DNA of 64,000 bases. Source: Pavona decussata. Lineage: Eukaryota. The notes under the pieces are model-generated. The model was given only the letters and a program-made list of their open reading frames with translations, had not been told where the DNA came from and did no database searches. The stretch covers positions 992,001 through 1,056,000 of the forward strand of contig CDRNST010000250.1 of NCBI GenBank assembly GCA_977016875.1, read 5' to 3'. Positions 10,400 through 20,821 of this stretch are shown piece after piece. Each line of letters opens with the position of its first letter. Position 1 is the stretch's first letter. Position numbers and translations under genes: made by a program.

Positions 10400-11299
10400 G
10401 TCGTCTTTAAGCTTATAGACCGGTACTTGACTTGGAAATCGTTTGTACACGGTAAATAATTCTTCTGTGAAGTTTGGGAGATAAGATTTTTCTAATAAGC
10501 GCTTCACTTTACTAATCCTCACACGATCTCGAACTTAAAATTTGAAACGAACACGCTTCTGTGTGTTATCACCGTAAAGCGTATGCCACACTTTAGCCTC
10601 ATTCACCTTAGTAACTTGACTAGGTTTCATTTTAATACTACGGTGATAAGTGTTATTATAAGACTTAACCAGTTGCGGGAGAACATCGATGTAGCATAAA
10701 GTGTTTTTATAAGTGAAATATTTATACATTTTGTTTTTAAATGTTGTATTAAATCGCTTGACAACCGAGGCTTTAAGTCCTGAGGTCGTGGTAAAGAACT
10801 CGATGTCATTGTCACGCAAGAACTTCTGGAACACGCGGTTGAGAAATTCAGTTCCTTGATCCGTTTGCAGCTTATGAGGTTTACGACTAGACAATAGAAT
10901 CGTCTGAAAAGCTTTGACTAGTTCTTGACCCTGTTTCGTCTTTAAAGCCACGACCCATGCATACTTGCTGAAAATGTCTATACATGTAAGAAGGTACTTG
11001 TAACCCTTGTTGTAACGGCTAGGGTTTTGAACATCACAAAGATCTGCCTGGAACTGTGAGTCTATACCAGACACAATCACTCGACTTCGTTTGTAATTTC
11101 TACGAGCCGGCTTGTGTAGTGTGTAAACATCTTGCCGACTTAACCAATCTTGTACTTGTTTGCGAGAAATTTTACTGTTTTCCTCTTCTTTGACTGCTCT
11201 GTAAACAGCATCTAAACCACTGAAACTTGCAGGATGGCTTGGGTCGAGGTAAATACTTGCTAACTTTTCCTCCATCTCAGATCTCTGAGTTTTGGACAA
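10400..11299 (-). pseudogene. Polinton retroviral-like integrase, catalytic Glu substituted, stop at 10535
   Basis: YLDPSHPASF, YTLHKP, FQADL, IDIFSKYAW, LQTDQGTEF, ASVVKRFN (canonical VERFN); decayed continuation DRVRISK after the stop. Confidence 0.9.
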
Positions 11300-11820
11300 T
11301 TACTTTACCACCGCAGCAAGCTAATACGCAACGAATGCGGTTAAAAATTCATTCGAATCCAAAAGAGGGTGAAGGCGGACAACAGCCCATCACCTACGTC
11401 TACCTTCACGGTTGAAGTTGTTATAATTGTTCATTACATGTCTTCACTTAAATCACTATCCTTATAGCTGAGAGAGCGTGGGAACTAGGATATCATAGAG
11501 TTCTTTCCATTCCTCATTGGTTAACCCAATTTGTTCCACAAAATTTAAGAATAGCGATAATCCCCCCCCCCCCCCCCCAGTTAACTTCTGTAAAGACTTC
11601 TGAATGTAGATTCTTTAACTTGTCGAGCATCGGTCCTTGTACATCAGAGAATTTTTCTTTAAGTGAAGTTATTTCACTTGATGGTGTAACCACTTTTCTC
11701 GCTATAAGGCGGTAGACGCAAAACTGGATTTCAAGCATAGAGAGGGTTAAACCCATGTTAAGTCGAATAATGACAAACACAAACTGACTCAGAATTATAT
11801 AATGTGCACACTTTATTATT

Positions 11821-12474
11821 TCAGAAACAGACTTTAATTTTAATTTCATTAATCACATAATCAAGTTCCATCAGTTCTTCTTTTCGAACAACATTCTCAG
11901 GACATTTTACTTCCATTAGGTCAACCTTCATATCCTCATCACAAGTTTTCACAGCACTGCTCTCTTCTCCACAGGGACCATAGTAAAGCGCATGTAGAAT
12001 GCGCTCTTGTAGTTGTTTCGATTGCACAAGCTCACCGAAGCTATCCAACTTTAGGGAAGTGAGGTACACGCTGGTCCAAGGCAGCTTTGGCAGTGTGGAA
12101 ATGTAGGCTTGCCACGATTTTTCCAGCTTGAAACCAAGCTCACTGCAAATGCTGTCAGCTGGTTTTAGTACCTCATTCAAGTTAATTTTATCTCTAACAT
12201 CATCGTGGTAGTAGAACCAGCCATCTTCACCATCCATCATGAGACAAGAGTCCTGTCTTTGACTCGGGTGGTTGATAGCACAACTATTGCAACGATTCAC
12301 TTTCTCTTCTTCAATAAGGGAGTCAAACATAGCAGCGTAAGTTAACTGTAACACGTGTCCAACAAGACTGACTATCCGCTGCCATTGTATCTTTTCCACT
12401 TCACCCACAACTAACCGAGGGTTAGCGATTGATTTAAACTCACTGATGGTAAATAACTGGTTGGAAGCAATCAC
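11821..12474 (-). CDS. Hypothetical subterminal protein of the Polinton-like element
   Basis: 217-aa ORF inside the TIRs with a CxxC...H...C cluster; TATA-like GCTATAAAAG upstream. Confidence 0.45.
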   Translation of the reverse strand: MIASNQLFTISEFKSIANPRLVVGEVEKIQWQRIVSLVGHVLQLTYAAMFDSLIEEEKVNRCNSCAINHPSQRQDSCLMMDGEDGWFYYHDDVRDKINLNEVLKPADSICSELGFKLEKSWQAYISTLPKLPWTSVYLTSLKLDSFGELVQSKQLQERILHALYYGPCGEESSAVKTCDEDMKVDLMEVKCPENVVRKEELMELDYVINEIKIKVCF

Positions 12475-12493
12475 AGTTTGTTTCCTACTTTAT

Positions 12494-12940
12494 AGCGGGA
12501 AGGTTTATAACTATTTTATGACTATTCTATTTTTAAACTATGAGATCATCGTTTTATAATGAGAGCAAAATACTCCTCCACCCCAATGATGTCACTATAC
12601 TATTTTTAGATGATGTCATTGCTTTTTTGATGATGTCAAACCGGGGGCTATTGTGACGTTCTACCTCCCTAACCTCCCATTATACTATTGTTTTCGGATG
12701 ACGTCACCCTGAATGATAGACTTCGTAGCGGTAAGGTTTATAACTATTTTATGACTATTCTATTAAACTATGAGATCATCGTTTTATAATGAGAGCAAAA
12801 TACTCCTCCACCCCAATGATTTCACTATACTATTTTTAGATGATGTCATCGCTTTTTGATGATGTCAACCCGGGGGCTATTGTGACGTTCTACCTCCGTA
12901 ACCTCCCGTTATACCATTGTTTTTGGATGACGTCACCCTC
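12494..12940. repeat. ~233-bp tandem duplication of subterminal and inner-TIR sequence
   Basis: 12494-12710 closely matches 12728-12940. Confidence 0.85.
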
Positions 12941-13005
12941 CTGGGCTATTGTGAGGTCATACCTCCCTTACCTCCCGTACGCTCAACCCCTAATTCCTAT
13001 CTACT
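12810..13005 (-). repeat. Right TIR of the Polinton-like element
   Basis: Reverse complement of 5662-5857. Confidence 0.93.
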
Positions 13006-14498
13006 CACCTCCCTCTTGCATTCCTTTTCTTTGTTCCAGTGCCAAAGTGCTTTCCCTTGAGCCTGTCCAAATCAGGTGTTGGTCTTCCAGGTCCAAGGAG
13101 TTCTGGCTGAATTGTACGCTGATCAATCAGTGATTGCACCAACAGCTGAGCCAGGTCAAGTCTCAAGCGTTTCTGAGTAACTGCATCTCGTACTTTGAAT
13201 TTTAAGATTTGAAATATGTTTACAATGCTTAGCTCAAACAGCCTCCAAAACACCCTTTTCCACCACTTGATGGACTTGACATTCAAGGAATAATATGTCA
13301 AAAGCTGATCATTCCTGTCAACGCCATTCATAAATTGGTTGTAGGAAAGAATGATTTCGGGTTTTCTTGGCATGTCGTCTTCCACAGAGTTCCCATGGAA
13401 TGTGGAAAGGGCAAAGACATCCCTTTTATCTTTCCATCTCATCACAGTAAGATTGTTGTGCTTGAGGAATGAGGACTCGCCTTTCTGATAAGCTTCCGTG
13501 TTCTTAGTCTTGAGTTGGTTTGGCATATCCTTCCGATCTTGTTGGACTGTACCACAAGCAAGTGTGTTCCTCTCAAACAGCTCTTTGAATAAATGAGGAG
13601 AGCTGTAAAAGTTGTCGGCATAGAGTCTATACCCTTTGTCCAGGTATGGATCCAGTAAATCCATCACCACACGTTTAGCGAGTCCATGCTCTGGAGTCTG
13701 CTCATCACGCCCTGTGTAGATTTGAAAATTGCACACATGCAGATAAACCGAATCTGCTAAAACCCAGTTTTTTACACCGAATTTCACTAGTTTTGCTGGC
13801 ATATATTGAATAAAGCCTATTCCACATTGAGTGCCAATCATTTGCTCATCAATGCTGATCTCTCTATGAGGTGTCCATAGATTTCTAAATTTAGAAATCA
13901 TATGGTCAATCACAGGTCGCACCTTTGCAAGTTTGTCGTTCGGATACAGACTCTCATTGGCAACATGAAAATACCGGCTTATTTGTTGAAAACGCTTTCT
14001 GCTCATGACAGAGGGAAACCATGGATGTGACAAAATTGGCTCTGTGGACAAAAAATCTGCGACAGAGGGTAAGTTCACCAGTCCCATGGCAATTACTATG
14101 CCCAAATATGCCAGAATTTGTTCAAAAGTCACTTCAGTCCATTTCATATTAGTGGGCTTTGCAAGCCTGGACTGCCTTGCATATCTGTTTGTTCCAGTCA
14201 CCCAGCTCTGCACTAAAGTGTCTGAGATAAACAACTTGAAATGATCACTCACAGATTCAGCCATCATAGCTGCTCTTGATGGTCCCGGAATTTCATTGAA
14301 TGCAACGTTCTCACCAGGATTCCGTTCTACACGTTGAAATTTCTCCCACTGAATATCTGGTAATACATCTCGTGATGGATTCTGTCCTCTACCTCTGCCT
14401 CTACCTCCGCCTCTTCCTCCACCTCTGCCTCTTCCCCTGCTAAGGCCTCTTGCCCTCCCTCTGCCTCTCACCACTCCAACAACAGCAGCCCATGACAA
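13005..14498 (-). CDS. piggyBac transposase, main part (RG-rich N-terminus, DDD core)
   Basis: SIDEQMI, YADNFYSS and MNGVDRNDQ catalytic motifs; WKDKRDV; KWWKRVF. Confidence 0.92.
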   Translation of the reverse strand: MSWAAVVGVVRGRGRARGLSRGRGRGGGRGGGRGRGRGQNPSRDVLPDIQWEKFQRVERNPGENVAFNEIPGPSRAAMMAESVSDHFKLFISDTLVQSWVTGTNRYARQSRLAKPTNMKWTEVTFEQILAYLGIVIAMGLVNLPSVADFLSTEPILSHPWFPSVMSRKRFQQISRYFHVANESLYPNDKLAKVRPVIDHMISKFRNLWTPHREISIDEQMIGTQCGIGFIQYMPAKLVKFGVKNWVLADSVYLHVCNFQIYTGRDEQTPEHGLAKRVVMDLLDPYLDKGYRLYADNFYSSPHLFKELFERNTLACGTVQQDRKDMPNQLKTKNTEAYQKGESSFLKHNNLTVMRWKDKRDVFALSTFHGNSVEDDMPRKPEIILSYNQFMNGVDRNDQLLTYYSLNVKSIKWWKRVFWRLFELSIVNIFQILKFKVRDAVTQKRLRLDLAQLLVQSLIDQRTIQPELLGPGRPTPDLDRLKGKHFGTGTKKRNARGR

Positions 14499-15839
14499 CT
14501 TTACGTCAATTTAAGTGTGTACCCACGTTTTGTGGGTCGTTTAGTATTCATATATTCATGCTATTGTTTAGACTCATTGCCGATTCATCTGTGTTGACGT
14601 CGGATGTCACTCGGGAATGTTAGACAACTATAGAAATCGGAAGGCCCTTTGAGGAAATGTGTGACAATTTCCTTTTGTTTATCATCTGAGAACGAACAAT
14701 AGCTCAGTTTCATTCACCAAAAACTTTTCAAGGCTGTCGGACTGCAACTTTTCTTTGATAATGTCTCAACTTTTATAGTTTATTTTATGCTTATGATCAA
14801 GCACGAGCTTATCGGAACGATCTCGAATATGAAACGTAAACACGGCTGTTAATATCAAGAACTCAGGATGCTCAGCGTTCGAAGTAATATAAAAAATCCA
14901 GGCTTCATTCGATTTGATTTATTTAAAGAAGACAGTGAAATTCATCTAACAACTTTTTTACTCTGTAGGGAATAACTTCAATAATTCAAAATCTAAACGA
15001 GAAGGAGCAGTCGGCTGCGGAACTGTCAGACGGCGCAACGTTGAGAAATCTCGACCACAGAAACTCATTCAGACCACATTTTACGGCCGTCAAATCGACC
15101 TTCTCGTTAAAAAAATAGAAATAAAAAAGCAACATTTTCGGGATAAACTTAAATTTCATTCAAGAATCTCTGCAATAATACCTTCGGGAATTCACACACG
15201 CGTCGGAAGAAGACGGCTTCGCAAAAATTAACTTTGCAGTTCGAACTGACAATCAAAAAACAAACATCGAACTTCGGCCTACATTGACCAAAAAGCCGTG
15301 TTTAAGGTCTCTTTTTGAAGCTCTCAAAATGCTCTATTTTCATAAATACATATCGAACTAGAAAATGTTTTGCAAAAAAACCTAAATGCATGTCAAGTCC
15401 CAAGTCATTCTATGCAGTTCATTCACACATCAAGAACAAAAGGATACGATAATAAACTCTGCCGCTCGCGGTAGCTTAATTGCGCTATTGTTCCATTCTT
15501 TTGAAGTCGCTTCAGTTCCTCATCCAAAAGATCTCACCTTTTTCCAAACGAATGAAACTGAACGTATTCAACACGCTTTTGGTAGCTCCCGAAGTGAATG
15601 CCCAAAGGATTAAAAACGAGCCTTCAGGCTACAAAATCCGGCGGTTTTTCCCATTTCTGAATGAAACACTTAAATCAGCGTGAAGTTGTAATGCAAACAT
15701 TCATCTGCATTCTCTTCAGGTGACTAAAATAGAAACAATAAGGGAGTCACAAAACCACGAAAAAATAATTTACATTTTGTTATAGATATCAAACTAAAAA
15801 ATTAGTGCAATTACATTTTACACCACTTTCCTCTGGTAT

Positions 15840-17080
15840 CACAGGATCCCCTGAGTCCTCAGAGTCTTCATCATCTTCTGACGCTTAGATAAAAATAATG
15901 CGGGAAAGAACGATCAACTGTTTGTGGCTAAACATAAACATGCAAGTTATCCGATCAAACTACTCCAACCAAGGCAACCCTAACAAACTCTAACTGTACA
16001 CTTTTAACAACAGAGGGCAAGTTCCGACAGTCTCTTGATCCCTGTTGCTGTTTTGATTGTCATGGCTGCATTCTTGCAGTCACTTACACATTTTTTGAAT
16101 TTAGTTCTCATTTGTATAATGCTCAACACAAATTGTGAATTCCTTTTTGCCACTCTTTCTTGCAATTGTTTTTTTATTCTCTCATAAATTTCACCATTAC
16201 GTTGAATCTTGCTGTTTGTAAATACCAGTTTACTTTTATAATAGTCGTTGTTTACAACTATATCAATCATGTCATCCACATCATCATTCCACTTAGGTCG
16301 ACGACCAGTTTTTCTTTTTGATTTTGACTTTTGAAAATATTAGCCGGCTTAAATCGTCTTCATGATCGTCATCTTCCTCGCCACTATCCTGCTCATCGAT
16401 ATCATCAGCACTTTCTACTCTGAGAATAAATAAACAGAGAAAGCTGAAATCTCCTATCTATAAACGCTACTATGGAGATATTAACTCAATAAATACCTTT
16501 TTGTTTTTGTTTCCGTGCTACCAGTTGACGAATGCGGCTTGTTTGAAGTAATATCTTCATTGTCAACAGCGTCATCTTGATCTTGGCCTTCACTCGACTG
16601 GCGCCTTTTCATCGTTTCATTGAAGCACATCTCACAATATGCCACAGATTTTCCCTCTTTCCACCCAGGAGTGTCCTCTTCATTTTCAAACGCCGAGCAC
16701 CTCATACAATAATAATTGCTGCACGTCAAACAAGTATATTTTGTTTTTAGAAAGTACGAACTGCCCATCCCTTCGGTTGCCACTATTTTGTGAAAGTGCT
16801 GTTTATACTCTTCTGCGCATGGCATCTACGGATTGTGGTTACAAAATGAATAATAATAATTTACTATAATTTATGTATTATATTCTGCACATGTGAAATG
16901 CGACGTCTGAATCAAATGTCGAACTTAAGTCGAATATTCGACTGTTTCAGTCGCAGATTCGACGTTAGTCGAATTTAATTCGAAACTGTCGAATTTAATT
17001 GATTCAAACGTCGCATTTCACATGCAGTTAATTCTCGAGTTTTATTTGGCACATGTGAAATGCGACGCTTGAACCGGGCC
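15840..17080 (-). mobile_element. Harbinger remnant with Cys-rich and Myb/SANT-like accessory gene; one terminus
   Basis: ORFs 16481-16825 (CxxC pairs) and 16004-16330 (W..DDVDD...QMRTKFKKC); terminus ...TTGAACCGGGCC|TAA; subterminal inverted repeat 16888-17025. Confidence 0.65.
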
Positions 17081-17371
17081 TAAGCCTTGGCACAGCTGGC
17101 TACATAGGGGAAGATGGCTACATAGGAAGTAAATGATTTTCAAGTTTTGGAGCCAGCCATCTTTGCTGCAATTGTTAGTCACAACTAAAACAGCTGGTTG
17201 CTGGGGATTGATAATAGCCCTATTGTATGCTCACACAAGTACTGTAAGATTCCACCTAAATTAGTAATAATTATATTGAAGCTATTGAAATAGATGTTAC
17301 TTGAATTAGGTCACGAGTTTCACTTTGATGCAACAGCTTTTAACTCTATGAACAATTCACAAAAACGGTCC

Positions 17372-18013
17372 CTACTTCACTTTACGACTGGCTGTGATTA
17401 CTGGTTTTTCCCATAAACCTCTCCTTGTGATTTCAATTGTGAGATAGAAACCAATCATGAGATACGTTGTACAAAAGCGAATTTTCTTAACAGATACAGT
17501 AAGAGATAGGTCTTGCAGTAATGGATGTACAAACTGTGTTAATTCTCTAGCTATATATCCCACTTTGTAATAATCTGAAGATGACATAATATAAATAGCA
17601 ATTGCACGTTTGTCATGAGTGTTCTCTGGTTCTGCTTGTAGTTTCGCAATAACTGGTCGGTTGTTTTCATAGAGATATTCATAAGCTTCCTTTAGGGCAT
17701 TTTGGTTTTCTCTTGAATAACACGTTCCTAGCACTTTAAAGGGCAAGCAATGAGTTCTCGCCAAAGCAGGCTTCACTGGCTCAGTAGAGGTGTGTTCATG
17801 TGCGTCATGTTCTGCATCATCTTGATTTGAATCATGATCTGAGTCTTCTGAATCAGGAACAGTTGTTCCTGAGTCAGTTGCCAAATTTGTTGCTGCATCT
17901 GCTGGAGCCAATTCCCACAATACTGTGTACCTCTTGCAGTCCACTTCAATTTGGCAGTAAGAGGTACACCAGTATTTGCCCCACTTAATGTCTGCGGCCA
18001 TACTCTTTTGCAC
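17372..18013 (-). CDS. HIRAN-like domain protein; 5' part separated by an insertion
   Basis: FKVLGTCY...LQAEPENTHDKRAIAIY...KVGYIAREL matches HIRAN LxxEPxNxxDxxAIxV...VGYxxR. Confidence 0.7.
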   Translation of the reverse strand: MQKSMAADIKWGKYWCTSYCQIEVDCKRYTVLWELAPADAATNLATDSGTTVPDSEDSDHDSNQDDAEHDAHEHTSTEPVKPALARTHCLPFKVLGTCYSRENQNALKEAYEYLYENNRPVIAKLQAEPENTHDKRAIAIYIMSSSDYYKVGYIARELTQFVHPLLQDLSLTVSVKKIRFCTTYLMIGFYLTIEITRRGLWEKPVITASRKVK

Positions 18014-18054
18014 GACACCATCTTTATCATGGAATTTTATAAGCTAATATATAT

Positions 18055-20532
18055 GTGACCCTCTTTGGGAAAACGGACAATAATGCTTTTCCGTTAAACG
18101 GTCAAGAAAAACGGTTGTAAACGGATACTAAACGGCTAACTCAAGCGTTTAAACGGTTTCCAAAACCGTTTAACGTCCGTATAGCAAAAAATTTAGACCG
18201 TTGACCAAAGTCCAAAAACAGATAACTTAAAGCGTTAAACGGTCAAGCAAAAAATAAACGGTTAGCTTGAAACGTTAAACGGTTGCCCAAAGTCCAAAAA
18301 CGGTTGACCAAAAACGGATAGCTCACACCGTTAAACGGTTGATCGAAGTCTAAAAACGGACAGCTTAAACTGTTCAATGATTGACTCGGCGAGATCGCTT
18401 GAGGAAAAACTATCAGTCTTACAATGTTTAACGGATAACTTTGAGCGTAAACATGGAGCATAATTGGTAGATAATAACTGGGATACATTCTGTGAACGAA
18501 AAAAGTACTGTCGTATCTGATGAACATTAGCCCGGACTTTAGTTGGGTTACTTCAAAATTTATTTATGCGCTTCCTTTCTCGCTTGTGTATTCTATTTCT
18601 GGGTATACTATTGCCGTTTTTGTGACATGACGTTGATTCTCTTCCCTGAAATTTGTTGAAATAAGCACAATTATTTATAAAGGACAGTTTCGCTGGGACC
18701 TTAAGCAGAGACGACAACGATGCCGACGAGTAAAAAAAAAAGTTAAAAAATTATCGTCGCGTCTTCTGAATAAATTTGCGATGATTTACATGTATAATCT
18801 CTCAGTTTGTGCAATATGCAATGTAGCCGAACTATCGAGGAGCTAATGTCGTCGGAGCGCCTTTAAAGTTCAGAAAGGGAAAGGAAAATTAATCATCATG
18901 CATTCACGTTCTCCGTAGAACATATTTGGTCACTTCACGTTGTTGTTTCGCAGAGGACAACAAAGAAATGTACCAAAGTGTATAACGCCAGGCAGAGCCA
19001 GTGTTTTCCTAACTAAAACTATTGTTTTCTGACGTTCTCGCTGACGTCGTCGTCGTCGCGGCTTAAGGTCCCAAATATCTCAACCTGAACGGCTACTACA
19101 ACGCATCATAACAAAAACCGTAACCTCGGGAATTAAACAACTAGCGTGAATAATTATAATTTTTTTTATGTTGACAAGAAATTTTCAATACACGCGTACA
19201 ACAGGCGCAACTAACTCTTTATACTGTCACGAAACCATAGCCATTGTTGTTTTGTTTTGAAGTTGCACAAAACAAATTTGCATACGTGCACGATGAACTG
19301 CAAAAGACATGACCTTGTCTGAAGCCGAGACGCGTCAGGGTCAAATAACACCAGAAATGATTCGCTCTCTAAAGATTTTATACGCCGATTGCGCCGATCA
19401 GCGATAATCGTAGTCGCTGCGCCGGGGATTTTCGCCAAGTGTTTCGCTGGCTTAAAGAAGTTTGAGGGTTGAAGATTTCACATCTTGGACCTTTTTGTTT
19501 CAAAACATATCTTTGTGTCCCATAACTATCGAAAGATAAAGCGCCACAATAAAAACTTGTCGTCGTAAAAGACTGTTATAGGTGTCTTGGGAATTTTCGA
19601 GTGAGTTTTTCGTCAGTGAGCTGTAATCATTACCGTTTGGTAATATAATGCGAGACAGGCGAGGAAGTGACGTCACAATTAGATGAGCGCGCGCACGCTT
19701 TTTTTATTTTCTTCCTGCCGCTACGCGTTACGATTGTGTGATCAAGTTGGCTACAGAATTTGTTAGAATAAACATCTGCTGGAAGATTGTGACCCCTCAC
19801 AATCCCACCAAACAATGACCTAAATTTCTGAACTAAATAACTTGTCTATGAGGAACGATTCAAAACTAGGACACAGGAACTAAGATAGCGTCATCCGGTC
19901 AAAGTGATAAAGTGCATTCAGTCTTCTGAACGAACAAGATCGATGGCAGAATCATGGTGACCGAATCAATGGCTTCATCGGCTCTCGATGCTATACGTTT
20001 GTCCAAACCGATATTTTAATTTTTTTTGTCGTTTGTCCAAGGATGCGACGATTACTCGCTTTCTATAAACTTGGATAAGTTGCGACCAAAATGAAATCCC
20101 GTTGTTCTGCAGTTCACTTTCCGGTGAGTATCGAGCGATTGTTAGCTTGATAGTTCTGCTCGCAGGGCAGTTGAGTTTAATCAGCTGCTGGGTTTCTTTA
20201 TAAATGGATAAGCAAACTGTTTAAACGTTTTCCCTAGAGCGTTAAACGGATGCAATTTTTTTGAACGGATAAGCAAACCATTTAAACCTTTGCCAAAGCG
20301 TTAAACAGATGCAAATTTTTTTAAACGGATGAGCAAACCGTTTAAACGTTTTCGCCAAAGCGTTAAACAGATGCAATTTTTTTTAAACAGATGAGCAAAC
20401 CGTTTAAACGCTTGAATGAACCGTTTAAACGGATATAAGCGGATAGTAAACGGTTTATCCGTTTAAACGGGTTAGTTAAGTTAGTTAGTCAACGTTTAAA
20501 GCGTTAGTGTCCGTTTTCCCGAAGAGGGTCAC
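18055..20532. mobile_element. Non-autonomous TIR element (Sola1-like), 2478 bp
   Basis: 35-bp TIRs GTGACCCTCTT(T/C)GGGAAAACGGACA.. with 3 mismatches; ATAT on both sides; AAACGG/CCGTTT subterminal arrays at both ends. Confidence 0.85.
18695..19072. mobile_element. Coral CMITE-like MITE nested in the Sola-like element
   Basis: TIRs GGGACCTTAAGC..GACGAC / GTCGTC..GCTTAAGGTCCC; internal GCAGAGGAC..AAGAAATGTACCAAA block. Confidence 0.8.
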
Positions 20533-20821
20533 ATATATTGAAAGATTTGCATGTTTACATTTCTTTTGCTACATGTATACTCAATTCTTCACCCTCTCTG
20601 CAGGGAACAACAAACATGGATTTCAGAGCTAGGATTTTTGAAATGTTTCACTTGCTACTGAAAATTTATGTGCTGCTTGTGAACACCGCTGTGGAGCTGT
20701 GTGATCTCAACTGAAAAAGCTGTCCTCAAAATTATACCTTATCTTAGTATTCTGCATTGAAGTCTCCAGTTGTTGCAGTTGTATTTTACAAATTTGAAAT
20801 GTTTATTATAACAGCAATCAG

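Larger units (their letters stand above)
5662..13005. mobile_element. Polinton/Maverick (adintovirus-like) internally deleted, capsid-less element, 7344 bp
   Basis: AGTAG...CTACT termini, ~196-bp TIRs, 6-bp TSD CACCTC (5656-5661, 13006-13011); pPolB, ATPase, protease and integrase genes. Confidence 0.95.
4979..15400 (-). mobile_element. piggyBac transposon interrupted by the Polinton-like element; right boundary unresolved
   Basis: TTAA|CCCCTTATTACC terminus at 4975-4990; split transposase; matching opposite TIR not found. Confidence 0.6.

Noticed and set aside
9873-11299. Hidden capsid genes in the Polinton-like element
   Set aside because: The integrase tail abuts the protease, and no ORF with suitable size or motifs exists.
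15300-15760. Right TIR of the piggyBac element
   Set aside because: No GGTAATAAGGGG-TTAA match found; the end is probably deleted.
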